Of a stretch of DNA of 64,000 nucleotides, positions 10,208 through 27,347 are shown piece after piece. The notes under the pieces are model-generated. The model was not told where the DNA came from and did no database searches. It saw nothing but the letters and a program-made list of their open reading frames with translations. The DNA is taken from the NCBI RefSeq assembly GCF_009914755.1, contig NC_060927.1, one strand, 5' to 3'. Within the stretch, counting starts at the first letter, position 1, and the number at the start of each line of letters is the position of its first letter. Source of the stretch: the human T2T-CHM13v2.0 reference genome, Homo sapiens. The translations under genes and the position numbers were made by a program.

Positions 10208-10270
10208 TTTATTTATTTATTTATTTATTTTTTGAGACCAAGGTCTCACTCTGTCGCCCAGGCTGGAGTT
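10208..10270 (-). mobile_element. Severely 5'-truncated Alu
   Basis: (ttta)n tail plus ~40 bp of Alu 3' end, flanked by tgaatatgatt / tgaatataatt. Confidence 0.8.
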
Positions 10271-10359
10271 GAATATAATTCTCTGTGTGTGAGTTCTCTC
10301 TTTCTCTCTCTCGAGATAGAGATATTTATACACATACATACACAGACATAAAATGTTTT

Positions 10360-10720
10360 AGTGTTGTGGTTAGCAACTCCCCAACTTTTACTAGCAGTGT
10401 GATTTTGTGTAAGCTACCTTTCCTAGCCTCACTGTCCTCATCTGGACAATAATAGAGCCTTCCTTCCTGAACTGAAGATTAGATGAGTTAATGTAAATAA
10501 TAGAGCTTAGAAAAGTGCCTGACATGTAGCAAATACTGTGTAAATAGAGTTATTGTTGTCATTATGAACTACTGGTATAGACATTGGACTAATTAAGTGA
10601 TATAAATAATGAAATTTTTATGCAGTGTGGTGTAGGGGCAAAAACAATAGATTCGAACACCGAGATTCTAGTTTTGGCTCTGTGCTTGCAGCTAGTTACA
10701 TGGCATCCAGGACAAAAGTT
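10360..10720 (+). mobile_element. MIR fragments
   Basis: cctcactgtcctcatctggacaataatag...aagattagatgagttaatgtaaa...gcttagaaaagtgcctgacatg. Confidence 0.7.
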
Positions 10721-10839
10721 TGGAAAACAAAATAATGGAACTAAATAGTACTAACCAAAGTATAGGGTGCTTTATGATTTACAGAACTCTCTTACAGGCA
10801 GTATGTTGTTCAGGCGCCACTAGAACCCACGTAATGGCA

Positions 10840-11250
10840 GAGGCTTCCTGTTCCATGTTTAAAAACCTTTCCAAGGCTTTTCATTATTTTCTTATCTGTG
10901 GTACCCCTAGCTTCCTGTGCTCTAGACACACTGGCCTACCTTCAACTTCCTTGACCAGTGTAGCTTACAGTGTAAGCTTACCCCCCACCCCCACCCTACC
11001 TCAGATATTGGCTCAAGCATCACTTCTTCAGGGAAGTCCTAATTCCCATTGCCAGTCTAAATCAGATTCTTTTTATTCTTTTCTTTATAATCTTTATCTC
11101 ACTTTATAATTACACACTCTATTATGTGATTATTTGATTAATGTCTGTCCTTACCACACTGTAAGCTGTGAGAGCAGGAATACATTTTGTTTACCATTAC
11201 TTATCCAGCACTTAGAAGAGTGCCTGGCACTATTTGTTGAATGAATTGTT
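10840..11250 (+). mobile_element. L2 3' fragment
   Basis: actgtaagctgtgagagcagg...agtgcctggcactatttgttgaatgaat is the L2 3' end. Confidence 0.7.
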
Positions 11251-12128
11251 GATAATTTATGATGTCACTGATAACTAAGTTGCTGTACATTGATGGATAA
11301 CTTTTGTGTGAGCCTCTTTGGCAATTCAGATAGCACTGCCAGCAATAATAAGCCTGTTACGGTATTTGGTTGAATTTAGCAAGTGATTTCTGACAGATAT
11401 GCCACTTTCTGGAGACATAAATATGGATAAAATGACCCATTTCAATAGTTTTTCCCACTCATTTTTTTATGATTGAATTACAAGTTTAAGTGCATGAAAG
11501 TTAATAAGTTCATATGTGAAGAAATAAATAGCCCAAACATAACTTATGTTATTTACTTTAGCTGAAGAAACGAAGCACTAAGCTACCATGATTTTCTTGA
11601 AATCAAATATTCTGATTTTTGTCTCACCATCACAGGGGATTGGAGAGAAGGAACAAGCCTCCAGTGGGTTCACAGGGAATTGGGAGTTGAAAGTCTCTGT
11701 AGCCATTAATTCGGGATATTTATCTTTCTAAAGATAAATTGATTCATTTAATGAAATTATTGAAAATCACCTTTTAATTGCTTTACCAAGGTTAAAAGCA
11801 AATTTTGTTAAGTATACATCAAGTTTCTACTCGAAAGTGTGGTAAATAAAACATTTGTATTAACTTATTTTATATTGTAAAACTTTTAAAATAAGATATT
11901 GTTATGGTATTTTAAAAATAATAATAGTTTAACTGTTTATTTTTGGGTTTTTTTTTCTGTCTTGCTCAAAGATTTTTGGTATCACTTGTTCAATTCCTTA
12001 AGCTAATTACTCAGGGTAACCAAAGAACTGCTAGTTTAGTAAAACAGCTATATGTTGTCTTACATCGTTAAGTTATTTATTGCTTTCAGTAGTTGTATTC
12101 ACAGTGACTTTTAAGTTTTGTTTCGTGA

Positions 12129-12494
<366 letters not shown>

Positions 12495-14063
12495 AACTGG
12501 GAAGTTTTTAGCATCTGTCTCCAAGGAGTAACATGGCAAGGGCAGTGCAGTGACAGAGCTTGGGCTATGAAGGCAGAAAGGCCTGGCTTCAGAACCTGGA
12601 GTTGGTAGCCTCTCTGAGGCTTATAATTCCCCATTTGTCAAACAGGGAGGTGGGAGCCAGCATTGAGATTGGGGCCAGGGATAGCGGATACTTGTTGTCT
12701 GAATGACTTTGAGAACAAGGGAGGTGAGTCTTTGTGGAGCAGCCCTGTCTTCAGCCGTGGCACTGAGCCACTGGTCTGTGTCTAGCTGCCTGAGTGTCTC
12801 CACATATCGAGGGCCCTCCGTTGGGATTTTTATTGTTGAGTTCTCTTACCTATAAGCCATACGCTCCTTTAGTCCCAAACCATCTCCTGTACAAGTATCA
12901 TCTTAAAAAATACCACACGGGGGGAGTCCGTGAAGGAATCTTAGAATCTCAGAATTGGAAGTGGTCTAGACCCCAAGTCCAGCCTTGATGTAAGGATCCC
13001 CTGCTAGATTTTCGTTTACCTCTTTTTACTTTATTGCTAATTATGAGGGCCTTAAATGATGCCTTTTTTCTTCCCTGTGTGATCATCATCTTTAACTTAA
13101 TGGATACATTTGTGCTCCTGTTACACATTGTAAAAGATATGTTCTTCCTTATTCGTTGGAGGTTTGCTTGCCTTCAACTTAATATGCCAGAGGCTGAGAT
13201 TCTCTGTCATTCTCTCCCATCCTGCCACTCTTTCCCCATATCCCACTATTGCTACCCGAGGTAGCAGTCCTACTCCCCTTGCTCACTTCAGGTCCTGAGT
13301 GCTAGAGAGTAAAGCAGCAGGAGCTCTATACCAAAAGGAAGAACTGCCCAAGAACAACAGCTCAACTAGCACAGCTCAACAATGATGAGGAGTGGGAATG
13401 ACTAGAGGGATGAAAGCCAGATCAGGGCATTGGCGTAGGCATTTGTTAAAGGTACAATAAATGCAGATGCAGACCCCTGGTACCTGGAAGTCTTAGAATA
13501 GAAGGATGGGAGGTGAATTGTTAAGGACAGAAAGGGAATAGGCTAGCTCAGACACTTAACTGTTTTTTCTGTGTTACCCTTGGACTCCAGTTGGCCTGTA
13601 ATGATGAAAGTCAGCCTCAGAGGCAAGTGTGATTTTTTAGGGGCAATAAAAAGTACCTCCTTCACTGTAATAAGAGGCCTGAAGTCCTTTAATAGGAGGT
13701 GAAACTTTCTATTCCATAATTATTAACAGTTACCTCAAAGATTCTAATCCCTGAAATGTTAACATGTAGATGGAGAGGAATTTCATTCCAAGTGCCCAAG
13801 TGTAAAAGAATATTTCCCCCCTGTTTGCGTTAGTGAGAGGTGTGAGAAAAGGTCTTGGGGCCTGGAAAATGGGGTGACTGCTGCTGAAAAGTGAAGAGAA
13901 ATGAGAGGCTGGTAGGGCTAGACTCAAGCCTGAAGGCTTCCTGGTTTTACAGGGAGCTGCTTTATTTACCTTTGTTGTTCATATGTTGATAAAAGCTATG
14001 CAGGGGAAAAAGTTTCCTACCTGACTGCCCACCCATGTTCCTTAAAAAGAAAGATTCACGTAT

Positions 14064-14362
<299 letters not shown>

Positions 14363-14849
14363 AACTGAGGCTGGATGGCTCTTGAGAAGTTACACAATAC
14401 TAGCGGGCTTCATGCTGCATTTCCCCCAGTGTATTTGTTGTATAGTGAATCTGATTAGGTATTATTTCTAGAACATTTTGGATATGTCATTTGTACCACA
14501 CTCGTTCTTGTCCCCTGTCCCACCACTATGGTGTCTGTAATGATGCATCTTTTTATTAGGTTGATAAGATGACTAACCCTGGAATTGAAAAATCATTTTT
14601 TAATTGATTGCTTTACCAAGACTAAAAGCAGATGTCACAAAGTATATATCAGCTTTTAACTGGAAAGGCTAATAATTAGACTGTGTTGTTGACTTATTTA
14701 ATATAATACAGATTTTTAAAAATAAAATAAATTTATAATATGTCTTTTCTAAAGAAATAAACAATGTACTTTCTCGAGAATAAAAATTAAAAATAGATAA
14801 AAGTAAAACAGTTAATTTTTAAAAATAGTAAAATTTTCAAACGAAGAAA

Positions 14850-15635
<786 letters not shown>

Positions 15636-15929
15636 AAAATTGTTCTCACTATTTTAATTAATGTGATTATTGTGTAGGTTAAGTTTTAAGGGAAGAATGT
15701 GTTCAAAGTTCTAAAAGAACTGCCATGGTACTACCTGGGTGGAGCAGCCTCAGAAATTTCTGTTAGCAATACTGAAACATAAGTCACATATTACGACTTA
15801 GTGGTTGTGTATATCAGTTATTAAATGATCTAGCTTATTGATGTAAGCAATTTTTGTTCCCTTAGATAATTCTTTCCTGTCACTTTTTTTTTTCATTCTC
15901 TCCTTGACTTCCTTTTTTCTGGGAAATTA

Positions 15930-16140
15930 TTTTGAAGGGCACTGTGATCTAGAGGGAATGTTGCGATTTTAGAGTCAAAGAGGCCTCAGTTGGAATCCTA
16001 GCTCCATCGCTTAGTAGCTGGATGATTTGAAACGAGTTACAAGTGCTGAGTCTCAGTTTTTTCCATCTTCATTGGTGAGCTAATATTACATACTCAGAAG
16101 GTATGCTAAGGATTAAATCATGCCTAGTTTGATTTAAAGC
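15930..16140 (+). mobile_element. MIR
   Basis: tagagtcaaagaggcctcagttggaatcctagctccatcgcttagtagctg. Confidence 0.7.
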
Positions 16141-16949
16141 ACATTGTGGATGTCAAGAGAATTTATCCTGCTTTCCTTCCATCCATCTACCCTGGCTCTT
16201 ACTGATAGATATGAAGAAAGTCCACATCACCCTTACACTTGGGCTCTTGGTAGGATAAGAAAAAATCATCCACAGTATGTAGTGACTTTTTTAGGGGAGG
16301 TGTCAACACAGAAAATTGTAGAACTGCTCTGATACTATAAATATGTAAGAACTTCATTTATGTGAAAGCCACTTCTCTTCCCTACTAGTCACTCACCCAG
16401 CCTTGCTACTTCTACCATATACATATCATTGCTGCACTTTTTTACAGTTGCTTTGAATATGGAAGAAACAACTTTCCTATGGAGGGTCACAATGGAAAGG
16501 AAATTACCTGACCCTAAAGCTAAGTAAACTTGGAGTCTAAATAAATAATTGGCTTTCCATTGACAGGAAGTATACCTAAACTTAACCTTAGAGGCATCCC
16601 AGTGAGTATCTTTTCTGTTGATGAACATTTGTATTACACTAAACCTGCCACTTGAATTTCATTTTCTACTTTCAAGTCTTGATCTATGATTGCAAGTTTC
16701 AAGCTATGTATTTCTTATTTTTTATCCTCTCTCAGGCTATCTAAATCCTTCCATTTTAATTTTCCCATGAATATGAACAGACTTCTAACAATCAGAATAA
16801 TTAGACTTATACTGAATGCCTTGTACCTATCAAGAGTTCTATGCCCAGTAGTATTTTGCAAGTAGTTATTAGGTATTGGTTTATTTTTAAATATTTGTAA
16901 GATTTTGTCCTAATTTAGCCCCATTGTTTTGCCCAGTTGTACAGTTTAA

Positions 16950-17321
<372 letters not shown>

Positions 17322-18034
17322 TAGTTAAATTTCATGTGAGCCTTATGTGAAAATCAGACCTATTCCTAATCATAATACACATTTTACAGTTTGAGTTACT
17401 TTCAGATTTCTTTGAGAAAGCAAAAGTGGCACCATCACCTTTCACCAATGATAGCTACCATGTGTTGCATTTCTATGTCCCAAGCACAACGTATACACAT
17501 TTAAGATCAAATCTTCACTATAACCTCATATGGTCAGTATCTGAGAGATGAGCTTAGTGCCTGAGCCTCAGAACCCAATATAGTTGTTTAGCTAAGGAAA
17601 TACCAAGACAGTAGATACTTTGCATGTTATATTTATAAGCCATGTAACACATAAATATGGATGATTTGAATCAGTTGATTGTGGAGGGAAAGGCAGCCTC
17701 ACTCATTCCTATTAATGAAGGCAGCGTCTCCTTGTCCCAGGACTTGTTCATTGTTATCTGAAACTGGAGATTCAGGTGTTTCCAGAGCCCAGCTTTTCAC
17801 TGCAGTGAAGTCTGTGCCCTACTTCACTAAAGAAACTCTGGTTGCAAGGTTTAGTTAGCTATCACTTTGTGAGCCTGGAAGAGCTAATTCAAAGTCATTG
17901 TTCTGTTCTCTGCTTCTTTGTTGTTGGTGGGGTGATATTGATCCACTTGGATTTGAAAGAATTTCTTATAAAACCTGTCACATAAGGCCAACCAAGTATG
18001 ATTTACTACTATCATTCTATGGTCTGTATTACAA

Positions 18035-18081
18035 TTTTTTATTTTTTTAGAGATAAGGTCTCACGATGTTGCCCAGGCTGG
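18035..18081 (-). mobile_element. Short Alu monomer fragment
   Basis: tttttttagagataaggtctcacgatgttgcccaggctgg. Confidence 0.75.
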
Positions 18082-18189
18082 ATATGAAATAGTTTTTATA
18101 TACTGTGCCCTGTTGTCATTTGTGTGCTATCGAGGAAAAACACACTACTTTAAGAATCTGCCTTCATCTCTAGACTTTACTATTGCTAC

Positions 18190-18760
18190 CACTTCCTAAC
18201 TGGCCTCCCATCTACAGTCTCTGTCTTTTCTATCATTTCCACACTGCAGTCTAAATTTTTTTTTTTAAGATCCAGATTTGAGTGCATCATTTTTCTGCCA
18301 AACTCCTGATAATTCTCTGTTGTCTACAGTGTCAGCCTCTCTCCTTCCCTGGTCTCTGTAATAATTCCACACCACATTGCCTGCCATTCCTCAAATATGC
18401 CACTCTTCCTCATACCTGCCAGTTTTGTATGAGCTGTCCTCTCTGCTTAGAACTCTCTTGTCATCCATCTGTCTTTCCTTGCTACATTTCCATTCTTCCT
18501 TCAAGACCTAGTTTAAATAATTCCTCTCCTGTAACGTTTTCATTGGTTCTCACAGGCAGAGAGCAATGTGTCTTCCCCTGGGACACTCATAGCATTTGCT
18601 TTGCATAGATACTTCAGTTTCCTTCATAAGTTCATCAAGGACAAGGACTGTTTATTCTCCTCTTTCTCCTCCTTGTTGTTGTTAATTCTCAGCAGTCAGT
18701 TCATTGCCTAGTTCATAGCAGTTACTTAATAAGAACTGATGGAGGTGGTTGGACTTGATT
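18190..18760 (+). mobile_element. L2 fragment
   Basis: cttcctaactggcctccc...ccacactgcagt...tgcctagttcatagcagttacttaataa. Confidence 0.65.
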
Positions 18761-19024
18761 AGTAAAATCACCAGAGGAAGATCTTCTGTAGCACTTTTTT
18801 TTTTTAACTTAAGGTACTCAGTATTATACTTCTTTTGGCAGCTAATCAGGTTCTTTCCCCTAAACATTATTGTGGGGGTGGGGGGCAATCTTTGAAGGTT
18901 AACAAGCTGAATGGGTGAAGTACTAGCCTTTAGGACTCAGGTTTCTGTACCAAGAGCGAGTTTAGTGTTCTGTCCACAGTGGTTGTTAATATAATGCCTT
19001 GTGTATAGTAACCACTTAGTGTTA

Positions 19025-19476
<452 letters not shown>

Positions 19477-19610
19477 CTACATCTAGACACAACCCACTGT
19501 TCCTTGGAGCCTCTTATTCTAGTGGGACATCTCCTAATTGATAACCATTTTCTGGTGGTACTTTTTCAAAGATGTATGACCTTCTCACTGTGTGATCTTT
19601 CTGTCTCTAG

Positions 19611-19650
19611 GACCGCCTATGGCTGCGGTAGCAGTGAGAGAAGCTCTCAG
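19611..19650 (+). other. NR2C2: Candidate 40-nt 5'UTR cassette exon with upstream ATG
   Basis: ctcac branch-like site, tctttctgtctctag|G acceptor, CAG|gtgaga donor. Confidence 0.5.
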
Positions 19651-20259
19651 GTGAGAGTCTTATACCCTGATGTTACCTTTTTTGTCTGGGTGCATTTTGG
19701 TTAAATGTCCACGCTGCCCCACTTCCTTACATTACTTGAAGATTCTGTTTTACTTCTTACATTGTGATATCCTGGAAGAAAAAGCCTTTGTCTTCCTTTT
19801 TTATATGAGAATAGGCTATATGGTTTGTGACTTATTTTCAAAAGTAATAGAAAATATTTTTTGAAACTACTTCTCTCCTCCTCTGACTGGATTTAAGTCT
19901 TTATTGAAAGCACTTGCTTTAACATAGTTTCTCTTTCAATTTCTCTCTCACTCTTAGTCTCATTTTTTTGTCTCTGCTTGTTTTTCCAGAAGGTGCACAT
20001 TCCTCCTTGTTCATTTTTAAGCAGCTTCCAAAGCTGCTGTTGATGATGCCTGATGCTGCTTTGAAGGCAGAAAACCAACAGTGAGATCAAGAATTGTAAG
20101 AATTCAAGTGTATAAAGAAAGGTTGCTGCTCAATTCAAGTGTATAAAGAGAGGCGTTTAAGATGATCCAGGAAGTTGGTGTGGGAGAACAAGGTGGGGGG
20201 CACTTGTCCTATCAGAGAGCAAGACTTACGCTAACACTGCAGTAAAAAGATAGTGGTGG

Positions 20260-20760
20260 TGACCAAGAGAAAGACACAGAGAACTTAGTGGAATAGAATA
20301 GAGAACCTACAGTTATATCCACATATATAGGAAAAACAGATATGGCAGAGATGGCATTTCAGATCAGTGGGGAAAAGGATAGATTTTCCCCATATAGATA
20401 ATCCATTTTCCAGAACTATTTCTTGAATAGAAAATGGTAAATGGATTATCTACATGGGAAAAAAATTAGTTGGATCCTTACTTCTCATCAGATTCAAGAA
20501 TCAATTTGCAGATGGATTGAGGAGTTACATATGAGGGGAAAACTGGAACATTTCTAAGAAAATATTTACAGTTACATTCCTGGGATAGGACAGGATTTTC
20601 ATAAATGAAAGTACAAACTGTAAAAGAAAATAGGGATAAATTTAGCCTTATTAAATTTAAGGACTTCTGTTCATCAAAAGACACCTTAAAGAAAGTAAAC
20701 AGATGAACCACAGAGTGGGTGAAGATATTTATAACTTATCAACAAAAAATTAATGTCCAG
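20260..20760 (+). mobile_element. Old L1M ORF2 3' fragment
   Basis: tcagtggggaaaaggatag...ggatccttacttctc...aaggacttctgttcatcaaaagacacc. Confidence 0.8.
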
Positions 20761-22886
20761 AATACTTAGCTTTTCTAAACTTAAACAGATTTACTGCTGC
20801 TTCTCTGTGACTTCATATCTGTAGTCACCTGTTGTTAGATTTATCTTGGGATCCCCAGCCCTACCTGAAGTTGATTGATCCTGCAAATTTAAAGTGAATT
20901 ATTACAGAAATAATTCTGTACTAGGCCTCTATTAAATCAGATTGTCATCTATAAAATCCACTTTTACTCATAATTTGATGTATCAAGCCACCTCTTTTAG
21001 GGAACCCAATAGAAAGATACACCTTTCTAGTACTCTGTTTCTATACTATTCAATAATATTTTCCTAACAATATTCCTGTAATAATTCAAATTCACATATT
21101 TCTTACATTGAACTATAGTTAATAACAGAGGAGAAATTCTGTTGACATCTAAAAGTGATAAAAATTATTAGTTGCAGCCACATGTTTAGATTTATTTTTT
21201 AATGTACAGTACCTATTGGCTATCCATTTCTTTAAAAATTCTTATTTTCTGTTTTGAGGAAGAATCAGACTCTAGACTTTTACATGCAATACTTGTATTT
21301 TTAACAAGTCAGTTGACTTTTCTGGTAGACTTAAAGACGCCTTTTCCTTCCATCTCCATTAGTTGTAACCAAACTATAGCAAGAAAAAAAGACCAAAAGG
21401 TATCTTTGTGTTTTTTTCTTGTAGAAACAAGTAAAAGTTAAGTTTTTACCATCTATTAAAACAATAAACTTATCTCCTCAGTTTCAGACCTAATCATATT
21501 TTGTGAAAATGAGTAACTGATACTGGTGGTCTCATGTCATTGTAGAAGTTGGTGCAGTATCTGCTGTCACAGAATTTTGACTCCTTGAAGACAGGAGCCA
21601 GGTCTTTCATATTTGTCAGTCACAGTTTCATCCTCCTGTTTCTTTCTCTTAGCATTCTGGCAATAAAATATGAATTAGAATTATCATAATAGAGGTGGCT
21701 ATCTAATAATAAATAGAATGATGTAGAAAGTTACCAGAGAGTTAAAAAGCTTCATAGAGATCAGTGATTATAATACCTTAGATAGGAACTACAGAAAAAT
21801 ATTTTGTAAAATTGTATTGCAAGATAATCCACTTTGTGATTGAGGGAGGGCAGGCAAATGAACTGTAATTTTCTATATTGCACACTCAATAATACTGTAT
21901 AGTTTTTATATGTAAATCTTGGTAATAGATTTGAGCTTTGTTCTCCTGTGGACCTTGGGACCTATACAGTCAATAGTGAATGTCCAGAAATTGGGTCTAG
22001 ATTATACTGAATTCTTTGTGGTAGAGCCTTTGAAAGGGCTTAGGAAATATTCAGGAGAGCTTTCTCATGACCAGAAGAGACTGGAAGTCTGCTCCTTCAG
22101 CAATGCTGGTACTCAAATGTCTTGACCCAGGAAACTAGCACACTCTTTGATCTTTAGGTGATCACTCTTTAGGTGATCTTTCTCAATTTTTACGAATAAT
22201 GACATCAAATCTATTTTTGCTACTAGTAGAAAGCCGAATTATCTGGTTTTGTAATTTAATGAGGACTTAATATAAATTAATATGTGTATGGGTACCATAT
22301 TCTTGTTAGCACTCTTTAGTAATGCAGTCTCTTCGCTTCTTGCTTTGTTAGTGATAGTATTTGCCTTTCAACCTGTGAGTGAGGTATGTTAGCACCAAGC
22401 AGGGTTTTGCTTCTCACTTTGCCACTAGCAAAAGAAGTATGGTTAATGATAGCCATCTAGGGCTCTATCCAGAGTTGATCTCACACCTTTCTCAGATACC
22501 CACCTTCTTATTCAGCATACTGTGACAGGGAACTATCCAAAAAGGTGTGATTCCCACCTCCCTGAGAGGTAAACCAAGCTGTTACAACCCTGGAGACCTG
22601 ATAATTAAATTTCCAAATTCATCTTTGTCTATATTTGTCAGTGGAAGTTTCTAAATTGAAATGTTTCTACAAATTAATTTTGGTACCTGTAACTGAAGGA
22701 GGCGGTGCAGCATATACAGATAGGTCTAGCTTGCTAGGTCTGTCTGCTATAGAGGGCAAAATCCACACAAGACAGTACCAAAGATGAATTTTGATTACTA
22801 ATATTTTTCAAGTAGTCTGGTTTCTCCCCACCTGATAGAGGTTGCTACATCTTTCCAAACAGGTTCTCTAATGATCTTGGTTCACC

Positions 22887-22946
22887 ATGGCTACAAATAT
22901 GGAGGGGCTGGTTCAGCACAGAGTGGGGACCCAGCAGGTGGCTGAG
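22887..22946 (+). CDS. NR2C2: Alternative N-terminal coding exon of NR2C2 (MATNMEGLVQHRVGTQQVAE); exon ~22863-22946
   Basis: CACCATGG Kozak, 20 open codons, phase-0 donor GAG|gtgagt, acceptor ctttccaaacag|G at 22862/22863; peptide matches my recollection of the long rodent TR4 N-terminus. Confidence 0.8.
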
Positions 22947-23679
22947 GTGAGTGACAGGGGCTAGCACAGTAGCTGGCACCCTCACTTTCGAAAGAAAAGA
23001 AAAATCAGTGTGCTCATTTTTTTCAAAACAGTCCCTTGGAGGTCAGCATGTGATACGTCCTAGGGTGCTGTCATGGGAGAAAAAAATGACAAGAACATTT
23101 ATTTGTAACTTTTTTTTTTTTTTTTTTTTGCATGAGTAGGGTGGCCTATCTGCTTTTAATAAGGTGACTTGAACTTTTACTTTAAACCGAAAACTAGTAG
23201 AATCTGATTATTATTGAACCTTGTGGGTATAGTTTAAACTCCAAATCTCTTAGTTTCTCGTACGCTTGATTCTTCGTTAATATTATGGAATAGTAGAAGA
23301 CGTGATTATGTCCATTCAGCAGTCATTGACCATTTGCCATGGACCAGGGATTGTACTAAGTGCTGAGTTATATGGGGGTGAATGAGTCATGGGTTGTTCC
23401 TTTAGTGATCTCAAGGCCTGGTTAAGGAGTTATTATAAAATAGGTTGAGAAGTATAATTCCATGTGAGGGATTTGATCCTGGAGGTGGATCTTCCATTAT
23501 GAGTAAGCATTTGTCAGACCCAAGTAAGTGGGGTGGGGAACTTTGTGGTAGATTCTGGGGAGAGCATCCTAAGTCAGAAACCTATGTAAAAGGACGTAGG
23601 CATTAAGTAGCTTGGTATGTGCAGGCAACTTGACATGAAATGCATGGTAAAGCTAAAACACTAATTGCATACTTTGGCC

Positions 23680-23860
23680 ATTCATTCTGTACCATGCCCT
23701 ATGCAAGGGCTTTAATCCTCACAATAACTTTCTGAGGTTGGTACTGTCAGTATTCCCATTTAGTAGGTAAGGAAACCAAGTCTCAAAAAATAAGTAATTA
23801 GCCAAAGGCACTGTATAGCAGGACAAGATGCTGACGCAGGTCCGTTCACCTCCAAAGCTC
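23680..23860 (-). mobile_element. MIR
   Basis: tttaatcctcacaataac...tattcccattt...ggaaaccaagtctca. Confidence 0.75.
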
Positions 23861-23914
23861 TTCCAATTAACCATGGGTCCTACTGCAACCAGGAGCCAAA
23901 AGGTTGAGATTCGC

Positions 23915-24188
<274 letters not shown>

Positions 24189-24507
24189 CGCATTTTTTAA
24201 TAATGCTCATATATCTAGGGCAAAGACACAAATTTACGTTCAAAGAGAGGATTTTTTTAAACAAAAACTAAGTATACATATGCCAGTTTAAACCGATAAA
24301 AATGGTGAGCAGATTTTTCAGATTTTTAGATCAACCATTAACTGAAATGCAACAATGTAACTAGTTACCTACCCCCCTCCCCACCCAGCAAATAATGGTT
24401 AATATTAACTGAAAATGAAAGAAGATAGATTTGACAAATATTTTATTATTATATTTTTGAATGGGCTATCAGAGTTACAGAAGTATTGGGATTAAAATGC
24501 TTGTAAA

Positions 24508-25636
<1,129 letters not shown>

Positions 25637-26031
25637 CATATTTATTTGTTGCTTTATTTTGTGATAGGAATAATTACCTTGAAAATAATTGTTAATTTTT
25701 CAAATATCTGTGTTTCCACCTGAGGCTGATTTGGAAACTGCTATGTGGATTGCTGCCCTAAGAGGCCATCATTCTTTCTTTTTCTTTCTATATCACAAGT
25801 CGTCAGGCAACATCATTAATTCTTTAGGAAAGAGGTTAATATAGGCTAATGTAAGTTCTTTGTATGCATTCAAGAAGTTTGCTAGCTAAAATTTTCTGCC
25901 AAATACCTTATTTCCTTCAGGCAGTAGAATTTCATGTATTAACTTAGTACAACTGTTGTTTCCCATGGCAAAAAAAAAAAAAAAAAGCATTTTTAGAGAC
26001 TCAAAATAATGAAAGTCAGTCTCAATTTTGA

Positions 26032-26408
<377 letters not shown>

Positions 26409-26869
26409 CCTTAGTGTTATTTTGAGGAATAAGTATGTATTTGTGTCCTTTGAATTTTTGAGCTTAGTAATTTTAAACTGCATATAATAACTATATATAA
26501 TATTTGATTAGCTAAATGAGTAAGAGGGCCTACACTTTATCATTTTAATGCTAAGTAGTAATGGAGTGGGAATAAAGTATCCAAATTGAGAGATAATTAA
26601 TAGTCAGTTTTGGATAATTGTTTACTCAATCAGCAGATAATGAAGGAGCATACCAGTTTCCTTCCCATAGGCCAGGGAGGATATGCTGGTGGATAATAGG
26701 ACAGGGCTTTTGCTCTCCCAGAGCTCTCTAACGGGATAAGCCCGAGATAGGCTACACTAGTTGAATAGGAAAGATAGGATCTTGGTAGAAAGAGACTCTA
26801 TCGAGTGAGATTGTGAGCCGTGAGATCAGACAGATTGGGGTTTAAATCCTCGTCTCTATTATAAACAAT

Positions 26870-27035
26870 CAAAAAATTTAGCTGGACGTGGTGGCGCCTT
26901 CCTGTGGTCTCAGCTACTCTGGAGGCTGAGGTTGGAGGATCACTTGATCCCAGGAGTTCAAGACTACAGTGAGCTATGATGTCCCTCACTGCACTCCAGC
27001 CTGGATGACAGAGTGAGAACCTGTCTCTAAAATAA
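26870..27035 (+). mobile_element. Alu right monomer (FRAM/AluJ)
   Basis: aaaatttagctggacgtggtggc...ctgtctctaaaa. Confidence 0.85.
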
Positions 27036-27347
27036 GTCTTTTTAGAAATGAGCTTTAGTAAGTGCCATGCATTTTTGCTTCATGAAATACAGCAACATTG
27101 TGGATTATGTAAATGATGTTCTCTAGAGTACCCATTCAGCTTTTTTCTCCATAGACCATCTAAGTGGCAAATACCAAGGTAAACTACAAAAGTTGGGTGA
27201 TATGAAATAACTTGATGTCCTATAATGTGCTCAAATTTAGTAATTCAGAGAGACAGTTGAATATAGTGGTCAACAGTGTAGACTCTGGAGCCAGATTGCC
27301 TAGATTTAAATCCTGGCCCTGCCACTTGAAAGCTGTGTGACCTCTCT

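Noticed and set aside
22141-22180. Repeated AGGTGA as a nuclear-receptor direct repeat
   Set aside because: Simple ~15-bp tandem duplication; half-site and spacing do not fit a DR1-DR5 element
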